Assembly: GCA_045653245.1 (NCBI GenBank)
Contig: JAZOLS010000029.1
Coordinates: forward strand, 2,190-66,189
Reading direction: 5' to 3'
Length of the DNA: 64,000 bases
DNA from: Faecousia sp.
GTDB taxonomy: Bacteria > Bacillota > Clostridia > Oscillospirales > Oscillospiraceae
Shown: positions 1 through 7,388 of the stretch, piece after piece
How the letters are laid out: each line of letters starts with the position of its first letter
Position numbering within the stretch: position 1 is the stretch's first letter
Position numbers and translations under genes: made by a program
The notes under the pieces: model-generated
Database searches by the model: none
Told to the model about the DNA's origin: nothing
The model's input: only the letters and a program-made list of their open reading frames with translations

Positions 1-851
1 AATCCGTTTTTATGGAACCACGAGGTTGGTCTGCCATAACGAGGAGAGGTTGTATCGTAACATCCATCGGGGTCAGCCCAGTATTCCGTCAGAGGGAAGG
101 TTACATTATTCTCCTGTGTAGGAACAACATTAGCATAGCTTGCAGTTGGGTTGTTAGACGAACGAGCATTACTTGAGGATGTTCCCTTTATTGCAGCAGT
201 GACCATATTAGTAGCCAAAATGCTACTGACTTGGGTCGCAGTATCGGTTGAAATATCGAACAAGTAATCCTCTTCCTCGGGCGTAGTTGCAATCAGCTGT
301 GTGTCATTCAGCATAAAGACCCAATCCAAATACTCGTATGTCCATATTTCCTGTGCAACCTTGTTTGTGGTATCTAAGTATATGATGCGGGTTTGAGCTT
401 CAATAAAATACAGAGCGTCATAATAACTGCTTAACATACTAATTGTGCCCTGCGTACATTGATACAAATACTCATGATTTGTTCCCGTGTAATCAGTTTT
501 ATATACTTTCTGTTCTTCTGTTACATAATAAAGTGCAGTTTGTGTACAGGTATAATCGGACACCTCTTGTGCAATAATCTCCACAACAGAATCCGTTTCA
601 GAATGATAGACATACAATCTGTCAACAACACATTCTGATGTATCAATATCCAGATCAGCAGAAGGGGCTGATCCAAAATAATGAAACACATAGATCCCTT
701 CGGGGGCTTTGGCATACTCGTATGCATTTACCGCGGGAGGTAAAATCTCATCCTCAGCATTGGGATTACCAACAGCAAATACCACAACAAATAAACTACA
801 GAGAATTGCGAGTGTCAATAGGATAATGATTGTGTTTCTAATCTTAGTCAT
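1..851 (-). CDS. Secreted hypothetical protein (partial, runs off window start); N-terminal beta-rich/propeller-like domain paralogous to 915..1640
   Basis: Not in ORF track. Read manually: RBS AAGGAAGGAG, ATG at 851, MTKIRNTIIILLTLAILCSLFVVVFAVG (signal peptide), open to position 1; visibly AT-rich. Confidence 0.8.
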   Translation of the reverse strand, partial: MTKIRNTIIILLTLAILCSLFVVVFAVGNPNAEDEILPPAVNAYEYAKAPEGIYVFHYFGSAPSADLDIDTSECVVDRLYVYHSETDSVVEIIAQEVSDYTCTQTALYYVTEEQKVYKTDYTGTNHEYLYQCTQGTISMLSSYYDALYFIEAQTRIIYLDTTNKVAQEIWTYEYLDWVFMLNDTQLIATTPEEEDYLFDISTDTATQVSSILATNMVTAAIKGTSSSNARSSNNPTASYANVVPTQENNVTFPLTEYWADPDGCYDTTSPRYGRPTSWFHKNG

Positions 852-914
852 TGAAATACTCCTTCCTTTTATTTGGTTTTAATGTGGCTTCACCAACAAA
901 AAATTGTATGGTTG

Positions 915-1640
915 TTAGTTGGTTGTGTCAATTACAATTTCGCCTGTGAAGCGGTTATAGAAATAATATTCCATACGTTTGTCTTCTTCTGTAATTTTCC
1001 CCTCAAACCAAATCCAATCTCCTAACACACCTTCTGCTTTACCTCCCATATTCGCAAGGTTGATATAATACTGCTCCATCAGCATCATTTCTTCACCGGT
1101 ATTTAAATCAAGAACGGAAAAGTTCTTGTTATCTACGACATACTGCAGATAGTTCTTAACGCCGGGGTAAAAACACAAATAACTTACTGCACCCTGTGCT
1201 TCAAGAACCTTTTCTGATTGTGCCGGATCTGTAATGAGCATACGGTAAATTTTGATTGGTTCGGTCTCTTTTACATAGTAAATATATGAACCCTCGTGTG
1301 AATACATCGAGATTGATTCTGCTAACAGAAGTGTAACCTGATACGTTTCCTCGTCAAGCCAATAAAGATATCCTACAATACAATCTGATAAGTCGTACTC
1401 ATCCAAAGCGGAATCAATGGACTCTTTATGAATATAGGGATAACCCGTATTGGAGTTCGGAGTTTTGACAGGTGCACTGGTTGCAGGGATACTTGTGGCC
1501 GGAACGCTGCTTGACGGGGGTGTGACGGTGCCGGAAGAAGACGGGGTACTGGAAAGGGTCTTGTCCTCGTCTGTGGGTGCCGTCCGGCAGCCTGTAAGCA
1601 AGAGCAGCAACACCAATACGATCAAAATGCTTTTCTTCAT
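915..1640 (-). CDS. Lipoprotein with Ser/Thr/Pro-rich linker and beta-rich (DUF5050-like) domain
   Basis: Lipobox LLTGC after hydrophobic stretch; SSTPSSSGTVTPPSSS linker; RBS AAGGAGG. Confidence 0.75.
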   Translation of the reverse strand: MKKSILIVLVLLLLLTGCRTAPTDEDKTLSSTPSSSGTVTPPSSSVPATSIPATSAPVKTPNSNTGYPYIHKESIDSALDEYDLSDCIVGYLYWLDEETYQVTLLLAESISMYSHEGSYIYYVKETEPIKIYRMLITDPAQSEKVLEAQGAVSYLCFYPGVKNYLQYVVDNKNFSVLDLNTGEEMMLMEQYYINLANMGGKAEGVLGDWIWFEGKITEEDKRMEYYFYNRFTGEIVIDTTN

Positions 1641-1681
1641 AACACATACCTCCTTATATGTTGTAACTTCCTTTTATTACC

Positions 1682-1710
1682 ATTTTATCATTCGCTATAT
1701 TGGATGTCAA
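1682..1710 (-). promoter_or_regulatory. sigma-A promoter of the lipoprotein gene
   Basis: TTGACA-17-TAAAAT with extended TG. Confidence 0.7.
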
Positions 1711-1770
1711 CAAATATAACGAATACTATACCTAAATTTTGACAACTAAATAAAATTCTTTTAAATAATA

Positions 1771-1808
1771 AAAAATAATCGGGTCGGTTGCAATGCAACT
1801 GACCCGAT
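1771..1808 (-). terminator. Intrinsic terminator after flavoprotein operon
   Basis: Stem ATCGGGTCGGTTGC/GCAACTGACCCGAT, U-tract on minus strand. Confidence 0.75.
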
Positions 1809-1813
1809 CAAAA

Positions 1814-3382
1814 TTATAAAGATTCCAGCAGCGCTTCTGCGGCCATGATGCCGTCAATTGCGGCGGACATGATACCGCCTGCATAGCCTGCACCCTCGCC
1901 GGCCGGATAAAGGCCTTTGAGATTCGATTGGTGGTCTTCCCCACGCAGGATGCGTACAGGCGAAGAACTTCTGGTTTCCGGGGCAGTAAGCACCGCTTCC
2001 GGTACTGCAAAGCCCTTAAGATTCTGCTCCATTTGGGGCAACGCTTCTTCCAGTGCTCTTGTAATTTTTGCAGGCAGAACCTGATGCAAGTCCGTCCATA
2101 CCACACCGGGTCTGTAACTGGGATCTACTCCCTTTGCACCGGTACTGGGTTTTCCTGCAAGAAAATCGCCAACTGTTTGCGCAGGTGCTTTGTAACTGCC
2201 CGTGTGTTCGTATGCTTTCTTTTCCAATTCTTCCTGCCACAGCATACCGCCCAGCACACCCTCGTAAGGGAAATCTGTCGGATTTAAACTGACCAGCAAG
2301 GCCGCATTGGCATTTTCCCCATCCCGATCTGCATTGCTCATGCCGTTGGTCACAATCTTACCCTGCTCCGATGTGGCAGCAACCACATACCCGCCGGGGC
2401 ACATACAGAAAGTATAAACGGTTTCGTTTTCCAAATGCCGCACCAGTTTATAGTCTGCCGGGGGCAACGGAAGGTCATCCCGGCCATACTGGGCCTTATC
2501 GATCACCGATTGCAGTTGCTCGATCCGCACACCCATGGCAAAGGGTTTCGCTTCCATGGGAACGCCCAATTCGTAGAGCATACGGAATGTATCCCGGGCA
2601 CTATGGCCGATGGCAAGAATCACTTGATCACAGGCTATATCACCTTGGTTGGTGTTTAGACCTGAGATTGCACCATTTTCTGTCAAAATTCCGGTCACCT
2701 GGGTACAGAACCGCACTTCACCACCCAAGGAAATGATGCGTTTGCGAAGATTTTGAACCACAGTCAAAAGTACGTCCGTTCCCACATGAGGTTTCGCATC
2801 ATAAAGAATATCCTCTCGGGCACCAGCTTTGACAAACTGCTCCAATATCCATCCGATACGGGGATTATTCACGCCGGTGTTGAGTTTTCCATCGGAAAAA
2901 GTTCCTGCACCGCCCTCACCGAATTGCACATTGCTGATTTCGTCCAACTGCCCGGTCGCAAAGAATTTCTGCACCTTTTCATGCCGGGTTTGGGCATCCT
3001 CCCCACGCTCCAGGATGATGGGCTTCAAGCCTGCCATTGCCAAAATCAGACCTGCAAACATACCGGCAGGACCAAAACCGACCACAACGGGCCGTTTCTC
3101 TGACTGATAAACAGCCTTGGGCGGTTTGTAATATGCAACCGGCGCGATGGTTGCCTTTTTACATCCGCTGGCTTTTAAAACCTTATTTTCACTGCCGTCT
3201 ACCGACACATCGATGGTGTAAATGATGCGCACATCCGGCTTTTTCCGGGCATCAATAGAACGTCGCACCAAAGAAAGACCACGAATCTTAGAAGCAGAGA
3301 TCCGAAGCAAACGGGATGCCTCATACACCAATTGATTGGCATCATGCTCCGGGGGTAACGAAATATCACGAATCCGAATCAT
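1814..3382 (-). CDS. Uncharacterised FAD-dependent oxidoreductase (COG2509-like)
   Basis: VVGFGPAG Rossmann motif, QFGEGGAGTFSDGKL, TFCMCPGG, GEGAGYAGGI; start moved to ATG 3382, overlapping upstream stop (ATGA). Confidence 0.85.
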   Translation of the reverse strand: MIRIRDISLPPEHDANQLVYEASRLLRISASKIRGLSLVRRSIDARKKPDVRIIYTIDVSVDGSENKVLKASGCKKATIAPVAYYKPPKAVYQSEKRPVVVGFGPAGMFAGLILAMAGLKPIILERGEDAQTRHEKVQKFFATGQLDEISNVQFGEGGAGTFSDGKLNTGVNNPRIGWILEQFVKAGAREDILYDAKPHVGTDVLLTVVQNLRKRIISLGGEVRFCTQVTGILTENGAISGLNTNQGDIACDQVILAIGHSARDTFRMLYELGVPMEAKPFAMGVRIEQLQSVIDKAQYGRDDLPLPPADYKLVRHLENETVYTFCMCPGGYVVAATSEQGKIVTNGMSNADRDGENANAALLVSLNPTDFPYEGVLGGMLWQEELEKKAYEHTGSYKAPAQTVGDFLAGKPSTGAKGVDPSYRPGVVWTDLHQVLPAKITRALEEALPQMEQNLKGFAVPEAVLTAPETRSSSPVRILRGEDHQSNLKGLYPAGEGAGYAGGIMSAAIDGIMAAEALLESL

Positions 3383-4590
3383 ACACTTCTCCCTGCGCTT
3401 CTGCCTGCCAGCAGCCCGGAGCTCCAGGCCCACTGCAGATTATACCCGCCGCAATCACCGTCAATATCCAACACTTCTCCGCAGGCGTACAGCCCGGGAA
3501 CCAGTTTGCTTTCCATGGTCGCCGGATCAAACTCCGAAGTGAAAACGCCGCCTGCGGTCACCTGAGCATGCTCCATGCCCATGGGCTCTGTAAGGGTAAT
3601 CTCCAATGCCTTTGCTGTACAGACAGCCCGTTCCAATTCGTCATCCCGAAGATCGGCAATTTTCAGTCCATTTCGAATGCCTGCAGTGTGCGTCACAACA
3701 CGCCCCAGGCGGTTATGCAGAACGCCTGTAAACAATTCATCCGTGGGAATATCTGTTTTGCAGCGCTGCTTTAGGTGGTCAAACAATTGTTTTTCATCCA
3801 AATCGGGCAGCAGATCCAGCTTACAAACCCACTCCCCTTTTCCCTGGCAAACATCCCGGGAAATTTCAAAGATCACAGGGCCGGAAAGTCCGTACTCTGT
3901 AAACTGCAGTTCTCCTTTACTTTCAGCGTACAGGTCACCATCATGGTAAATAGCCGCATGGCAATTTGCACGAACACCTTTCAGCGCACCACAACCACTC
4001 CAATTGCTCTTGATCTGCACCAAAGCCGGGCGGAGTTTGGTCACCTTATGAGAGAAACTGCGCAAAAGTTGATACCCAGACATGCTGCCGCCCAATTTCG
4101 TACCAGCCAGGCCACCGCAGGCAATGATGAGTTTGTCACAAGTGTAGACTTCCCCTTTGCCCTCCACCTGGAAACCTGTATCCGTCTTGCGAACCTTGGA
4201 AACCTCAAAACCGGTCAGCAAGGTAATATTATCCTTATTCAATGCAAATCGCAGTACATCCACCACAGAATTCGCTTGGTCAGAGTAAGGATAGATCCTA
4301 CCCGAATCTTCCGCGACCATATAAAGGCCCAAATTAGCAAACCACAGCATGGTTTCCTGTACATCAAAAAGTTCCAGCGCATTTTTTACAAATTCCGGAT
4401 CTTCTCCATGATATCCCCGGTCACAGGCATAAAAGTTGGAAAGATTGCACCGGCCGTTGCCGGTAGCCTGCAATTTGCGGCCAACTCTTGCTTGCCGCTC
4501 AAACAGAAGTACCTGCACATGATCATATTTTGCCGCCGCACAAGCCGCCGCCATGCCGGATGCACCGGCACCGATAATTCCGATTTTCAT
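3379..4590 (-). CDS. HI0933/YhiN (BaiN-like) family NAD(P)/FAD-dependent oxidoreductase
   Basis: IIGAGASG, GRKLQATGNGRCN, GEVLDIDGDCGGYNLQWAWSSG; start at MKIGII (4590). Confidence 0.9.
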   Translation of the reverse strand: MKIGIIGAGASGMAAACAAAKYDHVQVLLFERQARVGRKLQATGNGRCNLSNFYACDRGYHGEDPEFVKNALELFDVQETMLWFANLGLYMVAEDSGRIYPYSDQANSVVDVLRFALNKDNITLLTGFEVSKVRKTDTGFQVEGKGEVYTCDKLIIACGGLAGTKLGGSMSGYQLLRSFSHKVTKLRPALVQIKSNWSGCGALKGVRANCHAAIYHDGDLYAESKGELQFTEYGLSGPVIFEISRDVCQGKGEWVCKLDLLPDLDEKQLFDHLKQRCKTDIPTDELFTGVLHNRLGRVVTHTAGIRNGLKIADLRDDELERAVCTAKALEITLTEPMGMEHAQVTAGGVFTSEFDPATMESKLVPGLYACGEVLDIDGDCGGYNLQWAWSSGLLAGRSAGRSV

Positions 4591-4699
4591 GGTTTTCACC
4601 TGCTTTCTTTCCCTATTGTAACAGACGAAAGGCATTCCGACAAGCAAAACTTCCCTTGCAATCGGAAAAAGGTGTGCTATAATAGGGTTTGGTGATGAA

Positions 4700-5485
4700 A
4701 TGAACCGACAAAATATTGAAAAAATCGCCCAAACAGCCGAAGACCGGATGCTCCTGGCCAAGTTGTGGGATAAGATAACCACAGGTATTAACCGCAACAT
4801 TCCTGCCCATACCTGTTTCCTGTCCCCCAGAGAGTTGGAAATGTGCCGGTTTCTGTTCGGGGATGAACCAGGGTTACATGCTTTTGGCGGTTTTGAAAAC
4901 GCAGAACGGAAAATGCTTTTCTATCTTCCGGATTATTTGGACGAATCATCCTTGATGGAAGAAGATTCCCCGGTCGTCTGTCTGCGTGCAATCTTTTATG
5001 AGGGCGATACGCCCACCCATCGGGATTTTCTTGGGTCACTGATGGGCGCAGGCATTGCCCGGGAGACCGTTGGTGATATCTGCGTTGGAAAGGGCCAGTG
5101 CGATTTTTTCGTAACAGAAGAGGTTACGCCCTATCTTTTGCAGAATTTCAACAACGCCGGTAAAACAAAATTCCAACTAACGCAAATTCCGTTGTCGCAA
5201 GCGTCCATTCCTCAGCCGGAAATTATGGTGATCAACGATACACTGGCATCCATGCGGCTGGACGGTGTGGTTTCCGCAGGATTTCGTATCAGTCGCACCC
5301 TGGCCGCACAAGCCATTACCGCAGGCAAGGTTGCCGTGGATGGTCTTCCCTGGGAAAAACCGGATAAGCCGGTTGCAGAAGGGTGTAAGATCTCCCTGCG
5401 TGGGAGCGGAAAGATCAAATTAGAAAAAGTAAACGGCCAAACCAAAAAAGGCCGAATCTCGGTGGAGTTCCACCGCTATATGTGA
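4700..5485 (+). CDS. ylmH: YlmH-like S4-domain RNA-binding protein
   Basis: THRDFLGSLMGAGI, GDI, C-terminal S4 (SMRLDGVVSAGF...ISLRGSGK). Confidence 0.85.
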   Translation: MNRQNIEKIAQTAEDRMLLAKLWDKITTGINRNIPAHTCFLSPRELEMCRFLFGDEPGLHAFGGFENAERKMLFYLPDYLDESSLMEEDSPVVCLRAIFYEGDTPTHRDFLGSLMGAGIARETVGDICVGKGQCDFFVTEEVTPYLLQNFNNAGKTKFQLTQIPLSQASIPQPEIMVINDTLASMRLDGVVSAGFRISRTLAAQAITAGKVAVDGLPWEKPDKPVAEGCKISLRGSGKIKLEKVNGQTKKGRISVEFHRYM

Positions 5486-5494
5486 GGTAAAAAC

Positions 5495-5701
5495 ATGAAA
5501 ATGGATGAAGTGATCGCACGGATCAACGAGCTTGCCCACAAGGCAAAATCCGAGTGCTTAACAGACGAGGAACTGGCAGAGCGGGACAAACTGCGGCGGA
5601 TCTACATTGATTCTGTAAAAGCAAACCTGGTTGGACAGTTGGAGAACACCTATATTGTCCGCCCCGACGGAACTAAAACAAAAGTCACAAGAAAAGATTG
5701 A
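5495..5701 (+). CDS. DUF896/UPF0291 (YnzC-like) protein
   Basis: IARINELAHKAK...LTDEELAERDKLRRIYI signature. Confidence 0.85.
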   Translation: MKMDEVIARINELAHKAKSECLTDEELAERDKLRRIYIDSVKANLVGQLENTYIVRPDGTKTKVTRKD

Positions 5702-5703
5702 AA

Positions 5704-5735
5704 AACGCCCTGCAAAAGCAGGGCGTTCTTTGTTT
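5704..5735 (+). terminator. Intrinsic terminator
   Basis: AACGCCCTGC-AAAA-GCAGGGCGTT then CTTTGTTT. Confidence 0.75.
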
Positions 5736-5760
5736 AAACATCAAGATTATGCACATACTA
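5732..5760 (+). promoter_or_regulatory. Putative sigG/sigF forespore promoter of spoVAD
   Basis: GTTTA-17-CATACTA; spoVA is sigG-dependent in Bacillus and clostridia. Confidence 0.6.
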
Positions 5761-5785
5761 CCCAAAACAGGAAAGAAGGGGTCGT

Positions 5786-6805
5786 ATGGCGCAAAATAAG
5801 CGCGGCAAGCAGAGTTTTGTATTGCCTCAGATGCCAGTAATCACCACTTGGGCAAGCATCGCCGGTAAAAAAGAAGGCGAAGGACCACTGGCATCAACCT
5901 TTGATGTGGTATCCCAGGATACCTATTTCGGGCAAAAAACCTGGGAGCAAGCAGAAAAACAAATGCAAAAAATGGCCATGGATAAAGTCATGGAGAAGGC
6001 AGGGCTCTCCGCAAATCAAGTGGGATTGGTATTTTCCGGGGACTTGCTGAACCAGTGCATTGGCTCTTCCTTTACTCTTCGCAATACCGGCATTCCGCAT
6101 TTGGGATTGTACGGGGCTTGCTCAACCATGGCAGAAAGCCTTTTGGCGGCTTCCATGGCCGTCAGCGGCGGTTTTGCGGACAGGGTGATCGCGTTGACGT
6201 CCTCGCATTTTGCTTCCTCTGAACGGCAGTACCGCTTCCCTCTCGGCTATGGCGGACAGCGCACACCCACAGCCCAATGGACAGTCACCGGCTCCGGTGC
6301 GGCACTGGTATGTTCCGCAGGCATCGGTCCGCGCATTGAGAGTTGTACTGTGGGTACTGTCACTGATCTCGGAATCAAGGATGCCAACAATATGGGTGCC
6401 GCTATGGCACCTGCCGCTTACGCAACCATCAAAGCCCACCTGGAAGATATGAAACGTGCGCCGGAAGATTTTGATTTGATCGTCACTGGCGATCTTGGAC
6501 AATTGGGCAAAGAAATACTGATGGAGTTAGCCCGTCGGGATGGTATCTACCTTGGTGGCCGCATCGCAGACTGCGGTACTATGGTATTTGATACCACTAC
6601 CCAGGATGTCCACTCCGGCGGTTCGGGATGCGGATGCAGTGCCATTACGCTTTGTGGTGAACTGCTGGGCAAACTGCAAAAAGGAAAACTGAAAAACATT
6701 CTATTCTGCGGCACAGGTGCTTTGCTCTCTCCCACATCCACCCAGCAAGGTTTGCCCATTCCCGGCGTGTGCCATGCCGTTTCCATTATGGGAGGTAACA
6801 ACTGA
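5786..6805 (+). CDS. spoVAD: Stage V sporulation protein AD
   Basis: GKKEGEGPL, GDLLNQC, GLYGACSTMAES, SERQYRFPLGYGGQR, GGSGCGCSA. Confidence 0.95.
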   Translation: MAQNKRGKQSFVLPQMPVITTWASIAGKKEGEGPLASTFDVVSQDTYFGQKTWEQAEKQMQKMAMDKVMEKAGLSANQVGLVFSGDLLNQCIGSSFTLRNTGIPHLGLYGACSTMAESLLAASMAVSGGFADRVIALTSSHFASSERQYRFPLGYGGQRTPTAQWTVTGSGAALVCSAGIGPRIESCTVGTVTDLGIKDANNMGAAMAPAAYATIKAHLEDMKRAPEDFDLIVTGDLGQLGKEILMELARRDGIYLGGRIADCGTMVFDTTTQDVHSGGSGCGCSAITLCGELLGKLQKGKLKNILFCGTGALLSPTSTQQGLPIPGVCHAVSIMGGNN

Positions 6806-6806
6806 T

Positions 6807-7163
6807 ATGGACTATGTAAAAGCATTTTTGGTTGGCGGTGCATTTTGTCTGATCGGACAGATCCTCATCGACAAAACGAAACTTACCCCTGCACGAATTT
6901 TAGTCAGTTACGTGGTTTGCGGCGTAATTTTGACAGCCCTTGGCATTTATAAACCATTGGTGGATTTTGCAGGCGCGGGCGCAACCGTCCCCTTGACAGG
7001 ATTCGGTTACTGTCTTGCCAACGGAGTCAAAGAGGCTGTGGACAGCGATGGATTGCTCGGTGTGTTTACAGGCGGACTGAAATCTACAGCAGGTGGAATC
7101 ACCGCCGCTATCGTCAGCGGTCTTGTTGTCAGTCTGATCTTTAAAGCAAAGGATAAATCCTGA
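6807..7163 (+). CDS. spoVAE: Stage V sporulation protein AE (SpoVAEb type)
   Basis: KAFLVGGAFCLIGQILIDKTKLTPARILV, FAGAGATVPLTGFG; start 6807. Confidence 0.92.
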   Translation: MDYVKAFLVGGAFCLIGQILIDKTKLTPARILVSYVVCGVILTALGIYKPLVDFAGAGATVPLTGFGYCLANGVKEAVDSDGLLGVFTGGLKSTAGGITAAIVSGLVVSLIFKAKDKS

Positions 7164-7179
7164 ATTTTGGGGCATATTA
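7151..7179 (+). promoter_or_regulatory. Putative sigG/sigF promoter of the Q/N-rich small ORF
   Basis: GGATA-17-CATATTA (GGGCATATTA -10). Confidence 0.6.
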
Positions 7180-7225
7180 ATCTTGCGGCACGTCCGCAGT
7201 ACAGATAAACTTGGAGGAAATAGTT

Positions 7226-7348
7226 ATGAATAACAAGCAGAATCAGCAGAACAATCAGAACCAGAACAGCCAGAATAACAACCAGCAGAACAACCAGAAC
7301 AACCAGAGCAATCAGAACCGCAATCAGCAGAATCAGAACAACCGCTAA
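7226..7348 (+). CDS. 40-aa Gln/Asn-rich microprotein MNNKQNQQNNQNQNSQNNNQQNNQNNQSNQNRNQQNQNNR
   Basis: Strong RBS GGAGG 8 nt before ATG, in-frame CAG/AAC/AAT codons, TAA, then terminator; below the ORF-track length cutoff. Confidence 0.8.
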   Translation: MNNKQNQQNNQNQNSQNNNQQNNQNNQSNQNRNQQNQNNR

Positions 7349-7354
7349 AGAAAC

Positions 7355-7385
7355 AATGGCCTGTTGCAAAAAGCAACAGGCCATT
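7355..7385. terminator. Bidirectional terminator between Q/N ORF and addA
   Basis: AATGGCCTGTTGC-AAAAA-GCAACAGGCCATT, perfect 13-bp stem. Confidence 0.8.
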
Positions 7386-7388
7386 CAT

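Noticed and set aside
7226-7348. Possible CRISPR or VNTR array
   Set aside because: No constant repeat with unique spacers; it is codon-level low complexity.
7007-7384. 125-aa hydrophobic 'membrane protein' on minus strand
   Set aside because: The L/V/I run is the reverse complement of CAG/AAC codons; RBS, promoter and terminator all favour the plus-strand Q/N ORF.
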